A stretch of DNA of 64,000 nt, from positions 3,968,001 through 4,032,000 of the forward strand of contig NC_081396.1 in assembly GCF_030684315.1 (NCBI RefSeq). The letters are read 5' to 3'. This DNA is from Stegostoma tigrinum (Eukaryota). Numbering within the stretch: position 1 is the first letter of the stretch; every line of letters starts with the position of its first letter. Shown here piece by piece: positions 1 through 14,763 of the stretch. The notes beneath the pieces are model-generated. The model saw nothing but the letters and a program-made list of their open reading frames with translations. It had not been told where the DNA came from and ran no database searches. The translations under genes were made by a program, and so were the position numbers.

Positions 1-2330
1 GATCAGCTCGCATATTTGCTTCTGATTTTCCCACACACTTTTGGGAGGCCTCTAACACAAACCAAATAAGATGATCATCCTTCTCTCATTTTAAAATTGA
101 CCCACATGGTTTCACTAGCCGGTTTCACAGCAATACCTCCACTTTGTATAACTGTAAAGTTCTCACAAAATAAAAGCGCCACTCCCCCTTCTGACTTGCT
201 TCCCATTGTCTCCTTACTATAGCCGTACCCCTGGAACATCAACTGCCAGTCCTGTCCATCTCTGACGCAGTTTTTCTAATTGCAATCTTCCCGAACATAC
301 CTGAAGCCTATCTGTATTCTCTGTCAGTCCTGTTGCTTTCAAATAACAATGTTTAATTAATTCGTCTTACTTTGTCTTTGTCAATGTCCTGTCGTTATTG
401 CCTATTTAATTGATCATATTATCTCCTGTATTGGTTTCAGACTTACTCTTTTCTTCCTATTGCTTTGGTTCCCACCACTGCCATACCATTCCCCCAACTA
501 ACTTAAAGCCTCACAAACAGTGTAAGCGCATACCCCATCATGGATATTGGTTGTCTTCCATTTCGGCTGGAAACCTTCCCTCTTACACAGATCATTTGTA
601 CCACTGAAGAGATCCCAACGGTCCAAAAAAGGCAAAACTTGTCCCCTGCAAGACATCATCAGCCACACAATCATATGCCCTATTCTTCTACTCCTACTCT
701 CAAAGTTACAATAGATAGGAAATAAAGCCCAACACTAATTTCGCTTTCCTTATAAGTGATTGTTAAATTTAAAAAAAGTTCGATTTTGTTGTGATTTAAG
801 GACGAGCACACGCAAATCTGTTGTGTTGATTTCTCAATTTATTTTTATTTAAATAAGATTGAACCGTTACATTTTTGCTCTCAAACTGCATAACCTCAAC
901 TTTTCCATTTATTCTCATTCTTTTCATCTCTTCTTCATTAATATGCCAAGTTTTTTTTTGAACTTTGTGCTGACTGTCACGTCCTGTCTATATCCCTCAG
1001 CATTTTTTGCGCCATCTTCACCATTTACCTTTTCTGATTTTTTTGTTTTATTTGCAAACTTGCTGAAAACATACTGACTTTCCTCAACTCAGTCATTATT
1101 GTACCCTTCAAATATTTGTGCACCTCACACTGATTCCAGTGATGCTACATTAGTTAGACGTTGACATCCTATAAAATAAAATTCTTCATCTAAGTGTCTT
1201 TCTGCTTTGATTTTGGCAATCCTCTGTCCAGGCTACTGCACTACCTCCAAAGCCACTAGCTCTTATCTGGTTGTTATCATACAGGTGGGACCAGATCTCA
1301 TGTCTTCGGAAAATCTCCACATATTGCAAGTGCTGAACCCTCCTTATTTTTTATTCTACGTTATCACATCTTCTTATGTTACTTACCAGGCGAAATTTCA
1401 CTTGCATGAAACTATTTTCTGTCCTCTTGATTATGCTATGTAATTTTTAAACGCACTGTTGTTACATTTTCCCCAGTAATGATATTCAACAAAGTGACTT
1501 TACTCACCCTTTCTGTTGTCTTTTTTTCAATAAAGGTGTTATCCAATCATCAGGGTCTTTTCCAAAATTAAATGATTGCTGGAAAGTTGAATCCAGTATG
1601 TTGAACGCTTCTGCCCTTATTTATTCTTTTTTTAAATCCTCAATCGGATCTCATTAGTTGCAATGTAATTAGTTATATTTAGTCCTATTGATTTATCTGC
1701 TCTTTTACCCAGTGAAAGTTACTGCGTTGTATTCCTCACCTTTTATTTTTGCCCTTTCGTATTTACCCATTTTGGAATGCTAGTGTGAAGGTAGATGCAC
1801 GGGATTTTTTCAACTCGCCTGTCGCATTATGGTTCCTAAATATTCATCCCCAGCTCCATTAATTTTGGCCTATCTTTTCCTTTCAATATATTTAAGGAAG
1901 TTTCTGCTGTCCGTTTCAATATTACCTGTAATTTTTCATTCAATGTTTACCTTCTCACGCATCATTAATTTTTTGCTTTCCCTTTGATAGTTTTTTTAAA
2001 CTTCCATAATACTCTCTGCAGCCATAATATTTATGACATTTCATGTTATGTCTTTTTATTCTTTTTTTGCTGTCTTTAACTTCCCTCCTTAACCGTAATA
2101 ACTTGACTCCTTCCTATAATCCTCCCATCTCACTGGGATATATCTTTGCTCTGAGCCATGAAATATGAAAATCTTATTGCATGCTATTGCCCATCATAAT
2201 TCTTCGCTGCTAAACACGTTTGAAGTCCATTCCAGCCAGCTCTGCCCTCATTTCTTTATAATTATCCTGATGTACACTTGTTTCCAACACAAATTTCTGT
2301 CTCTCCAACTGAATACTAAATTTTGTTGTT
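1..2330 (-). mobile_element. Highly decayed CR1-type LINE fragments
   Basis: The reverse complement resembles the CR1 ORF1-end/ORF2 sequence seen on + at 2400-5800 and 58400-60100. No intact ORF; boundaries approximate. Confidence 0.5.
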
Positions 2331-2399
2331 CCCATCTAATCTTAGAATCTGTCATTATTTACTAAAATTGCCGCATTCTGCATTACCAGATCCAACATG

Positions 2400-5300
2400 T
2401 CAAGTTGTCAGGTTCGATGCACAACATATTGTTGGAGGAATCTGTCCCGCAAACAGCTGTAGTGGACAGGTCTCTGGCAGTGAGCCTGGACTTGCAACGC
2501 AGACGGGAAGGGGGTAGAATAGGAAAGCAATTTTTGAGGGGAAATTCAATAGTAAGAGGCAGAGACAAGCCGCTTTGTGAATGCGAATGAGACAAACAGA
2601 ATGTATGTTGCCTCTTGGGTGCCAGGGTCTGTGACGTCTTTGATCGTGTTTTCAAGATCCTCAAGGGGGACGGTAAGCAACCAGCAGTCATGGTACACAT
2701 CATTGCCAACGAACAAAGGTAGAAAAAAGGACTGACAATGTGAAAAATGACTGTAGAGAGTTAGGTTATAAATTCATGTCAGCAATAAACAGGGTCGCTA
2801 TCTGTGGATTATTAACAGTGTCATGTGATAACGATGTAAGGAATATGGAGAGAATGGAACTTAACGAGATTACCGTAGGGTTTGTGTCGGAAGGAGGATT
2901 TCTATTATGTGGTTAATTGTACCACATTCTGGGGAAGGTGGGACCCGTACTGTAAGGATGGTCTGCACCTGAACAGGAAGGGCACAAATACCCTGGGAGG
3001 GAAGTTTGCTCAAGTTGTATGGGATGGTTAACCTAGATTGGCAGGGGTTGGGAAACGGGTTTTGTGATTCAGTGGATGTGGTATTCAGCCTTCCAACAGA
3101 CACAACCTGGAGGGACCCTGTTAATAAAGATGTACGTTCGATGGAGCTTAAGTGTGGACATAGGGATGGTTTGAAGTGTGTATATTTCAATGGTCAAAGT
3201 TTCAGAAATAAGGCAGAAGAACTTAGAGCTTGGGTCACTACTTGATACTACGATTTTGTGACCAATATGGAAACTTGGGTAACTCAGGGGCAGGAATAGT
3301 TTTTGGAAGCTCCAGGATTTAGATGCTATCAAAGAAATAGGGAGGCCGCTAAGAGAGGCAGGGAGTGGCGTTGTTAGTTTGGGCTGAGATAGCAGCTCCT
3401 GAAAGGCATTGGAGTATGATACGTCGACAGAATCAGTTTGGGTTGAGGGCCGGAACAAGAAAGGAGCAGTTACTTTTTTAAAAAAATTATTTGCAGACAC
3501 CTTAATAGTTGCAAAGAAGTTTTGGAGAGAATTGGGAGGCAGATATTGGAAAGAGGCAGAAGTCACTGTATTGGAGTTATGGTTGACTTCAACTTTCCAA
3601 CTGTTGATTGGAAACTTTTTAGTTGCAATAATTTAGATGGAACAAATTATGCCCAGTGCATTCAGGGAGGATTCTTGACACAGTATGGATGTAGAAAAAC
3701 AGAAGGAGAGACCACTTTGGATTTTGTGCTTGGCAATCAACCGGGCCAAGTGTTAGACCCGTTGGGAGGATAGCATTTTTGGGGAAATTATCGTAAATCT
3801 AAAACATAAAATAGGAACAGGCGCTGCCACGGAAGAGCACTTTTGAAATGTGGAAATTGTTTCAGGAATGCACACTGCGTGTGCGTGATATGTTTGTCCG
3901 TAAATGGCAGGGAGGATACGGTTGAGAAAGGGAACTTTGGTTCTCAAGAGAGGTCGAATGACTGATTCAGTGGAAGAAGGATGTTCACATAATATTTAGG
4001 AAAAAAAAGTTAGAAAAAGGCTCTCAACGGATACAAGTTCGCCAGGAAGGAACTGAAGAAAGGTCAGAGGAATGCAATAAGGGGTCATGAGAAGACCTTG
4101 GCGGTTTGGTTCCAGAAAAACTTCATCGCTTTTTACATGGGTGGAAGCAGTAAGGGAATGACCAGAGAAACAGTAGGGCCGATCAACAATTGTAAAAATA
4201 ATTAGTGCACGGAGCCTAAAGACACAGGAGAGGTCCTTACGAAATAGATTTCTTCAGTTTTCACAATTGAGAGGGAGCTCGTTGTAGGGAAGAACCGTGT
4301 GAAACACATTGGTCGGCGACAGGAGATGGATGTGAGTAAGGAAGATTTCCTGGGAAATTTGAGGAACTTGAAGATAGACAAGTCCCTGGTCCTGATGGAA
4401 TTTGTCCAAGGAATCTATGGGACGCGAGGGAAGAGAGCAGAGGGCCTTTGGCGATGCTCTTTTCGGTCTCACTGTCTCGAGGTGAAGTGCTGGAAGTTTG
4501 GAGAGAGACAAACAGCATTCCCTTGTTCAAAAAAGGAAATAGGGATAACCACAGAAATTACAGATGAGTTGGCCTTCCTTCCGTGGTGGGCAAATTATTG
4601 GAAAAGGCTCTGAGACCTAGTATTAATGGTCACTTGGGTAGTCACAGTTTGATGTGTGCCACTCAGCATGGATTTGTGAGGGGTAGGGCATGCCTTAGAA
4701 CCCTTACTGAATTCTTTCCAGAGGTGACCAAACACGTGAATGAAGGTAGAGCAGTTGCTGTGGGATGCATGGATATAAGGTTCCCGATGGTAGGCTCATG
4801 CAGAAAGTGAAAAGGCATTGGACAGGTCAGATGTGGCAGATTGGATTCAGAATTGGCTGAACCTTAGAACACAAAGGTGGTAGTGAACAGCAAAATGTGC
4901 ACATAATGATCAGTTTCGAGTGGTGTACCACGAGGATCTGTTCTGCGTCCTCTTCAATTTTTGATTTTTGAAAATGATTTGGATGTAGTAGTGGAAGGGT
5001 GGATTTCTAAGTTCACGGACGATATGAACGTGTGTCATGTTGCGAATAGTGCGGGGCCTGTACGAGGTTACAAAGGGACATAAATAAGATGCAGAGCTGG
5101 ACTGAGAAGTGGCAGATGAAGTTTAACCCTGAAAAGCGTGAGGTGATTAATTTTGGAAGGACAAACATGAAACCAGAAAACAGGGTTAACAGACAGTTTC
5201 TTGGCAGTGTGGAGGAGTTTGAGGGATCTTGGGGTTCATAATCACAGTTCCCTGAATGATGCCATTCAGGTGGATAGTTTTGTTCAGAAGGCTTATGGTG

Positions 5301-5830
5301 TCTTAGCTTTCGTTACTCGTGGGATTGAGTTCAAGAGCCGTGATGTTATGCTCCAGCTGAACAAAACCCTGGATTGGACAAGTCTGGAATAATGTGTCCC
5401 GTTCTGGTCGCCTCATTACAGGAAAGATGTGGAAGTGTTGGAAAGGTGCGTAGGAGATTTACCAGGATGTTGCCTGGAATGGTGGGAAGGCGTTTGAAGA
5501 AAATGTTGAGTAGAGGTAGGGCTTTTCTCATTGGAACGTTGAAGGCGAGAGCTGTAGAAGATGATCAGCGGTATAGATAAAGTGGACAGCAAGACACTTT
5601 TTCCTCGGGTGGAGGTAACTATTTCGAGGGGGCATAGTTTAAAAGTGGGTGAATGTAGATATAGGGGAGACGTCAGAGATAGATGCTTAACTCAGAGAAT
5701 GGCAGGGGCGCTGAATGCTTTGCTGGAGAGGGTAGTGGTTTGGCATTGTTATGGACATTTAAGCAGCTATTAGATTAAATTACGGGTGATAGTCTTTGAT
5801 AATGGTAGAGGTTAGATTGATCTTACATTT
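2400..5830 (+). mobile_element. Near full-length degenerate CR1 LINE (ORF1 SGNH-esterase remnant plus ORF2 endonuclease/RT)
   Basis: ORF fragments read GNSIVRGRDK (CR1 ORF1 esterase, GDSIVRG-like), LKCVYFN..RNKAEEL, ESVWVE, DFNFP, QHGFVRGRACL, RRRFTRMLPGM and RGHSLKV. Many stops and frameshifts. Confidence 0.9.
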
Positions 5831-6479
5831 GGGTGAAAAGTGCTTTCTTTCCCTGTTTATTGCTTTCTTCCACAAATACGATTTCCACATTTTATGATAG
5901 TGAAGTCCATATAGAATTAATAGTTGAGGAGATGCCGACTTAATGTCATGTTTTACATCAATGTCTATTGCTGTTATGTTTCAAAGGTAGTGACCGTTGA
6001 CCTTATGAAAACGTGGAACCTACCTCAACTTTTCCAGCGGAGTGTCTTCACAGGTCTGATGATGTTGAGTGAATTATCCACTATCAGCCTTCACTTCCAT
6101 CTACTGGAGAACCACAGCCATTGCATCTCCCTTCAAAATACCCACAACAGATATTTGATGTTGATCGACAGAGAACACAATTTTGCTGTTGCTCCAGTTC
6201 ATCGCCATGAACTGGTGTTCCCAGATTTGACTTAGCAAATTGCTGAAAATAGAAAGGGTTAACTAATACCAAACCAAAGGCACCATTGAGCAAAATATAT
6301 CAACTGCTTGACACGTATTTTTGTTCATCTCATTTGAGAGGAAATTGCTCAGAGAAAAGTGTGCCGATAATTCGTGCTTTCTTCTTTCACTCAAAACATA
6401 ATTCATCCCCCTCTTGAAAGATAGTGTAGAGACACCATCTCTCAAATTTCAATGACAAAGAACCTCCAGAAAGACATTC

Positions 6480-6715
6480 ACCGTCCAAGGCTGATCGTGA
6501 ACAACACCTTTGTCTGTCCAACTGCCTTTTCTCTCTTTGGTTTTTATGCTCTCGTTTACTCCCTAACCGACAAACGTCTCTATTTCTTGCATTTAAACAC
6601 ACGTTTTCCAACAGTTCTGAGGAAGGGTCACCGGACCCGAAGTGTTGACTCCTTTTATCCCTTACCAGATGCTGCTCGTCCTGCAAAGTTTCTCTGGCAA
6701 ATTTGATTCTGCTCC
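6480..6715 (+). mobile_element. Penelope-like element terminal fragment with degenerate hammerhead core
   Basis: CTGAGGAAGGGTCACCGGACCCGAAGTGTT at 6617-6646, followed by the agatgctgc terminal motif shared with other PLE ends in the window. Confidence 0.65.
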
Positions 6716-9559
6716 AGGGAGTCAAGATTTGTTGTTTGAAGAGTGTTTTTTTCTCCTTCATTCTTAACACAAGATGTCGTTTTGTTCCATGTTTGTTTGT
6801 GCATGTATGATTGTTATTCAGTGTGTCGATATGTCTGTATGTCTATGTCTTATTCTGTGGCCACTTGAAGAGCATAATTTTTTCTGCAAGCGAATTTCGT
6901 TGTCTGAGGCGAAAAGCATGATCAGGTCGATTTGAAGTGCTCAAGTGCTCAGATTGCTCGACTTCATGCAATGGAACTTATCTCTTTCCTGAAGTCATCG
7001 ATTCTTAAGAGGCGGTATCTCCCACCAATAACTCCTTTAATGCTGCAGAATGCCAGTTATGAGTTATTTACCTCTGTTTTGGCATCTAAACCTGCTGTCT
7101 GGTCATTGTCACGGTTCATGCGAAAGCAACGGAAACGTACCATTTGTCTCCATCTCTAAAGACCTCTCCCACATACAGTCAATATGCAGGCTGTTTCTAT
7201 CATTCTTAAGCATTCTTGAAGTGAGACTTCGGGCGCATCACTCGTTGCCTGGAATTAGGAATCTTACCATGAAGAAAGTCAATTTGCCGCAAACATGCTT
7301 CCATTCTTTTGATGTATATTAGGCACATGAGTTTGAAACAGGAACACTCCATTTGATAGTGTGGCTGAATCTGCGTGCTATTTAATGCAATTTTCAAATC
7401 CCAGCATTCCACCTGGGACAGCTTGATACACATTTCCATTAAAACCAATAGCGTCGCGTGTCTCCATGCAAAAATTACAAAATGAAGCAATAAGCCTTTT
7501 CACACATCCTCCAGGACGACAACAATGCCTTGCAGTTGCTTCTAAACAACGTAGGTTTTCCCGATCTGTCTGGCATGGAATGAAGAAAATGATTGTTGTT
7601 GTGATCTTCACATGTGTCCGTGACATCAGTAGGAGAGGTGGACAAAGTGGTAATGATGACGTAAGAGACTCTTTCTTTCAGTTCTTTTTTTTGTTTTGTG
7701 TGTGCATGCGGAATTGTGATTATAATAATCTTGTGAACATAAAATGTTGAGGTTTGGGTTTTATGTCAGTTAGGAGACGTGAGTAGCATCAATGGAACAA
7801 TAAAATATCATTAAATGGAAGAGATAGAATACAGTTTGATTTGGCTCACTCACACCTGCTTCTGTGTGATTTTCGAGGTTGTCCATGTATACAGATACTT
7901 CGGGGGAGAATGACTGGACATACTGTGCAGGAATGGAAGTTAATATCAGAAGTGATATAGTGATGTTATAATCCCAAAAATCTATTTGATAAATGTTTTA
8001 ATGAGATCAGTGCTATGATTCATCTGACAATGTCAATCATCACTGTGGAGAATAATATTGAGCTCCAAGTCTCAGGCGAATAATGCCTATTTGTGCTTCA
8101 TGTTACATTGAGTGAAGATGACATGCAGAAGGACTTCTTGATCTGTGGTCGTTCTTCTTTCTTCTACAGGACTTGAACACGAGCAGACAGATAAAGAGCC
8201 TCTGCAGCATTTCTTCACCTCTGAAAAGAAACAAAAAAATTCCTGAGGGCAAGTGTCAAACAATTTATCGCGTAAAAGCTCCCAGTGATAATCCACTGAA
8301 GTTGTTGCGAGCTTGTGCAATATAAAGAGCTTCAGATCCAGTTAAATACCACAGGCACTCTGGAATAGCTGACATTCTCAGTTACTTCCACTCAGAAGAC
8401 GGTGGGAAAATGTGGTAATGTAAAGTGTAAGAATGCTGACATGTATCTGGACTTATCAGCAGTGCTGGAGATGCGGTATGGAGCGGCAAATGAACTTCAA
8501 ACACAGCTTATTTCACACCGTGAGAAGAATAGAGACCAGCATGTGTCAAAGTAAAGCATAGATGGAGACGGTGTGGGTGTCGGGGAGGATTATGAATGTG
8601 AGTTCTTTACAGAGAAATGCACATTTCACGAAAATTTAATTTAAACAATCTATCTGAACTATTGTGTGCTCAAGACAACACAATAGCTCTTTAAAACATA
8701 ATTGAGCCCATTTGATGTGTAAGTCCGCAAAATTGAATAGAACTGGACATTGTACATTAAATCATACAATCATCTGTACACAAGAAGGCCTTCTGCCCAA
8801 TGAGCCTGCACAATGAAAACGGCATTAATTCTACATTGGCCCCATTTTCAAGGACTAGATTCATCTCCTTCAAGATGATGATATTTCAAGTGGCCATTCT
8901 GTAGTTTCCAATGGTTGTTATCTTCACTGTCTGGTCTAACAATCATTCTGTGCAGCTCCGAAATAACTTGCATGCCCTTTCCATATATGCCTCCACTGAG
9001 TAAGGAGAGTGCCCTTATCCTCTTTAAATATTTGAGTGATCTACCCTGCCACTTAGGGCAGATGTGAAGTGCTGGGAGTGGGCCTCATCCTGATCCCTCT
9101 GTCATTCTCGAAGAGTGTGTCTGTATGTCTCCCTCTGTGAGAGAAATGAGGGTCACTTTCCTAAGGGGAAGCTAACACAGATTGACCACCTGAAGTTCCA
9201 GTCACATTCATTATGTGGTTCCAGATGAAAGCGTCGCAGTGAAAATATCATTGAGGAGAACATTTGAAACATCAGAACATACAGGGCCATGGGACAAGCG
9301 CTGAAAACTGTGACTAGAACAGTTGGATGTTTGATGACCGGCAGTAACACGATGATCTGAAGCCTCTTTTCCAATGTGAGAAAAATGTGTTGAAATGGAG
9401 ATGTGCATGTGGGGCAGAAAATGATCCATGTAGGTTAGTTTGTCAGGATTATGCTAATTTAACAGAAATATACAATTTATGAATGATTTCAGAAACGGGA
9501 AACAAGCTGTGGAGACGTCAAAAGAATATCTGTCATTCCAAACTTTATACAGGCTGATA

Positions 9560-9690
9560 AAAAATAAAGAACTGTGGATGCTGCAAATCTGAAGCAAAAA
9601 CTGAATTTGCTGGTGAACCGCAGCACGATGGCAGCATCTGTGGGCAGAAAACAGAGCTAATATTTCATATCCAGTGCCCCTTCTTCAGTA
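9560..9690 (-). mobile_element. Penelope-like terminal fragment (degenerate)
   Basis: Plus strand gaactgtggatgctgcaaatctg...gcagcatctgt...cagagctaatatttc...ttcttcag is the reverse complement of the PLE end/hammerhead motif family. Confidence 0.55.
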
Positions 9691-12600
9691 TAATGTTAGT
9701 TGTGCAACTCCACATTAAAATTCTGCAGTGGCAAAAATAAATCAAGTTTATCTATAGATTCAGAAATTTTCTTTTCATCAAACACTCTCTCATCGCTCTC
9801 ATCAGATTACGACTTTCAATTTTACCAACTTAAGAGAGGATCTAATACTCCTGCATTTCACCTAAGGTCGTGAATGTCTCTGCTTCAATGATTTCTTTCT
9901 GTCACTGAACAGGCGTGTCGAATGGAGAATTGGTTTCTCCAGCACCTATCGCACTTCATGTCCTTCATTGTGCCTCGTGTTATCAGTGAATCCACTTCAC
10001 CCTCCTTTATTCTCTCTGTCTCACTGCCCTTCTCTGTCATGTTCCATTTTTGTCCTTTCAAAAGTCTGAAACTTGAGATTCATCTGTGAGTGGAGCTGGT
10101 CAGAAGTTTTTATCCCCTGCCTGGAGTGGGTGAGAATTGGTTTCACTTTCTACAGATAACATGCCTATTCCTTTGGACTGATGTGAGGAGGCATTACTTC
10201 CTGAATGGAATGTGAATCTTCTCAATTCTAAATGGAATTTATCACCATCAGGAACATAATCCACAACAATTGCAAAATTTATGGAAAAATCTTTACTGTT
10301 TGTGCAAAATAATGAAGGATGATGGCAGAGAAAGGGGATGACAAGTTTATATTGTATGCCATTACTATTGTATTCCTCAGTCTCTCTGCATTATATCCTG
10401 CCTCATCTCGTATTTATATCAAACTGACAATGAAGAAGTGACAATATGAGCATAGGGTTTGTGAAAAAGAGGTTAAAAAAAAACAATCAATTGTTATTGC
10501 TCACGAAGTGACAAGGGGCATTTCATGGGGGACATTTCTGGGCAACAAGAACGAGAATAATAACAGGTTTAATTCAATCACAGGAACCACATTTAGTCAA
10601 TAGATGCTTTGTTCAACGTCACAAAATCTGCTGAACAGGGCATTTGAGAGAAGCTTGCACAAATATTCTTTAATTTAAGGTATGGATACTGTTGTGTGCT
10701 TGAACCCAGGGGTTCCTGTTTCTGCAGCACAGGCCTTAATCAGCTACGCCAGAATGCCATTGGTCTGGGTCGAGCCATTTGCCCTTCTCCTTAACCACTC
10801 GTTCACAGTATCGTCATGTATTTTTTTGTTTTGCGTCCATCTTACTCAGCAAGATTTTCAAAGCTCTTGCTTTTGTGGACAGCTCACAAATGATTATTCC
10901 CCACTGAAAATTCATGGAAGAAAACAATTATTTTTGGAATTGGGACAAAGCGGACATTTTCATCTCATCATTTCATCTTTGGAGGGGACTTCTTCATTCT
11001 GTTGAGGACCATTTAACTGTGCTCCTCAGCAAAATATGACCTCACAACAAAAACGAGGTCATTGCGTTGAATTGACCAAGAATGACACATGAGCCAGTAT
11101 CCAGAGTGTGCAGCAAATTCAGACCAGCCAGCACCAACATTGAGCCTTGCTGCGCCAGAACAATGCTCACTTCCTGCTCCATGCCTCCCAGTCATCATTG
11201 CCTTTCACTTTTATTTCACTTCCTCACTTTGACTCTTAACTTCGTGCGACGACAAGTCTCTGATTGGAAACTGCAACTTCTGAAAATTAATTCCTGCGTT
11301 ATGGAAGCTACTCACTGGGATTCGATATATTGCTTTTCCCGAATTACACTAGATATGGAGATGTTGAGGGACTCTCTTGAACACTTGAAATCCTTGGCCC
11401 GTAAGTTTGATGTTGATACTCCTAAGGTCGGAGTTTCAGGATTTTGACTCATTGGAACTTAAGGAACAGTCATGTATTCAAATTCGAAATGGTGACTGGC
11501 TTCAAGGGGGTTGGTCGATGATGTTTTCCTGTAAATCCACTGTCGTTGTCCTTCGCGATGGAAGTAATCTCTCATTTGACTGAATCCTACAGATACAGGA
11601 TGGGTGTTCTGTTTGTAATGAAAAATCCATTTTTGTCTCGATAATTCGCAGACAATTTTCATTTCTTGACTTGGGGTTGTGTCCAGACATGGGTGATGTA
11701 AATTCAGAATCTTAATCAGTTACAGCAACGATACCAAAACTGACTCTTGCGAACTTACTTTGACACACTCTTGTGCATATTCATCCTGTCAAAGCCAACA
11801 TCACCAGTTAAGGCACTCTTTCTAAACTTTGAAATGGTTCATATCATCACCCTGTGTTTTAGTGTGAAGAATGACGAGCTGTGATAATCTGATGTTCAGC
11901 AAATGTACTGTTGAAATGTGCATAACACGCCGATGGTAACAGTACTGAGTTACAGTGAAGGGTGGCTCCAATAAAGGCATCATTCAACTCGTCTGATTCC
12001 AGACTCCAGTCGAGAAAGGACAAAACGTTTGTCGCTGAATTTGTTTGGGGCCTTGACTCGAAAAAAACCATAACTCAGGCTGTGAAAATAGATTCACTGG
12101 AATAGGTTAAAAAATAGCTAAGTGACTTCAAATAAAATGTTGGGAAGCTCCAGTAGAGCTTGATGACACTGAAGTCGCCAACTGAGGTCAAACGTGTTTC
12201 ATTTGCAAATGAAATTCAACACTTCACAAAACGGGGATCATTGAAATGGGGCAATGACGAGAATTATGTTTACTGCTTTCTGACCTTGTGAATGTTCTCT
12301 TCCCCATTCAGACCACAAATCTGCAGCACATATAAGCTGGATGTGCACCAGGTACTAATGCAATCAATGATGCTGCTGACTGCAAGCCAGCAGATTGTAG
12401 GCTCAAATCCCACATGGTTCAAGTTTTCTCCACTTTTGAGCGAAGTTTTCTGATTCCCATGAAGCTGGGTATTCCTGACGCCTCAGTTCAGTCAATGCCC
12501 CTGAGTCTATGATCATCAACGTCTCAGAATCCTCAGAGAATGTGAAGTTGAAATAATCAAGCAAACTCCTTGTGGTCAGCTCTCAGGTTCCCAAAACCAA

Positions 12601-13699
12601 TGTGAAAATCACTCCAGATCCAGGAAGTGGAAAGACTCAGTGACTAGCTTTGTGAATTTCGTTTAGAGTTGGAATCAGTCGAGAACGAAGGGTGAACGTG
12701 CCCGCCGGAGCAGTGACAGTCAGGACAAATTATTTGTCGCGTGGTGGCAGCAGAGCACATGTGCATTTGCCTCGTTCCAGGGGAAACATCTTGTGAATCT
12801 CGTTCTTTTGGACTTAAAGGGACCGAGATTGTAAATTGCTTTTACAGGGGTGACGAAGGGAACCTTTAGACACAGTGTGAATAAGGCAAATGTTTATCTC
12901 TTCCGAATTTTTATCCTGAACTAACGAATTTATTTATTAGGGTATTTCAAGAGGATTTGCTTTTTGGAAACTCAAACCAAACAATACATCAAGATCTGAC
13001 AGTGTCACAAATCATAATTCAATCGACATTGGATATTGTTGGCCTTTGGAAGTAAGTTTTGAAGAAAAGAAAAAGCAACAAATGATTCCTTCTTTATATC
13101 CCCCTTTCGCCCAATAGCTTGAATCTATGTCTCTTGAATATCAGCTCATGTTAACAGCTTCTGTTTATCTACAGAATCTAATCTAGGAGTTGCGAGTATT
13201 CACATCCACCTGCTACACTTTTCCTTCTTTTTGGTGGAGACTGAAAGTTTGGAAGATTCTGAAAAGGTTCTGGTGAACTTTTAGGTGTCTAGAATCTCTC
13301 TTGTTTAGTCCCTGCCTTCGGCTCTCTGTCTTCACATCGAAGCCAGAGTCTTGTAATTAATTCTCCCTCCCACTCTTTTTCTTTTATTCTTCTCTTTTGT
13401 TTGACTTTGATTTCACAGAATATTAGAAGGGGAAGATTTACAAACTAACTGTGACATATGAATCTGATGGAGTCACACAATTTATCAAAAACAAGATGAC
13501 ATTAGATCTTGAACATGGAAGGAAAATACCAGAATCACAGTGAGAGAAAGTATGTGTGTTGTGTTCGGAGAAGGCCTTACGGCGTAACTGCATCATTGAA
13601 TTCCGAGCTGAGACAGGGAAATGAACTCCTTTCCACAATCCCCACGTCACCATAGTTTCTGTCCAGTTAGAGCCCGTTTGTTGGCAGTCAAACTGGACA

Positions 13700-14460
13700 G
13701 AAAACGCAGAAATATGTGGATTGTGGAGAGGAATTCATTTCCCTGTCTCAGCTGGGAGTTAATTCACACTGAATTACCAGAAACAGTTCAATAAGCTACT
13801 CAGTGTGTCGGCAAGGATTCCTTCAGTCATCTGCATTCCTGAAACACCATTTCAAAGTTTGGACTGCGGGAAATGTCGTAAAAAGTCAATGGGACAGCAC
13901 TGCTATCAAGGCTTTTCAAATGTTCAGACTTGACAAACCTTCAGCTCGCTCACATTAATGGGAGACATTTTAAATGTCCAGAATGTGGAAATGTCATAAA
14001 ACGTCTGGGGTCCTGACGAACAGTCAACATACATACATGGAGGAGAGACCGTTCAAGTGCCCAAACTGTGATGGAAGCGATTTATATCATAGGGATTTGA
14101 TGTCCCATCAACATGCTCACATTACTGAGTGACATTTTAAATGTCCAAACTGTGAAAAATGCTGCAAAAAACACCACGAACCTGAGGTCCCAACATTTTT
14201 TTTTCATACTGAGGAGAGATCTTTATGATTGTCTCTCTGTGGAACTAATTACAGGGGATTATCTCAACTCTCAGTACACCTGTGAGTTACACTGGGTAGA
14301 AACCATTAATCTAATCTGTGCGAGTTCGCCCATTCAATCACTGTATTGACACGGAAGTGAGACCACACGGAGGGCAGCTGTTTAACTGCTCTGTATGAGG
14401 TAAGTGCTTCACTAACTGAACTACCCAGCTGCGAGAGAACATAGCTCACATTATCTCAAA
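13700..14460 (+). pseudogene. Decayed C2H2 (Kruppel-type) zinc-finger array
   Basis: Repeated units such as DCGEEFISLSQL, GRHFKCPECG, EERPFKCPNC, SHQHAH and HTEER linkers; many stops and frameshifts. Confidence 0.8.
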
Positions 14461-14670
14461 AACGATTAGACTTTGGTGCGAGTCACACATCGGTCTGAAA
14501 GCAGGGATTGAATAATCTGCATAAAATCAAACGAATCAGCTGGGCGTTACAGTTACTTCGGCAGGCCATTTTAATGTTACACATACAATGCGTTCTTTTC
14601 AAAATGCTCTCCCGTTCCGTGGAAGAGAAATCATTATAGACCCAGATAAATGCAGAGCTACCCTCACATT

Positions 14671-14711
14671 AGAGAGAGTTTGAGAGGGAGGGAGAGAGAG
14701 AGAGAGAGAGA

Positions 14712-14756
<45 letters not shown>
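14671..14756. repeat. (AG)n microsatellite
   Basis: Direct dinucleotide run. Confidence 0.97.

Positions 14757-14759
<3 letters not shown>

Positions 14760-14763
<4 letters not shown>

Noticed and set aside
12345-12420. tRNA-like sequence (ctgactgcaagccagcagattgtaggctcaaatccc)
   Set aside because: Only the anticodon and T-arm region look tRNA-like; acceptor and D stems do not pair convincingly. At best a decayed tRNA or SINE head.
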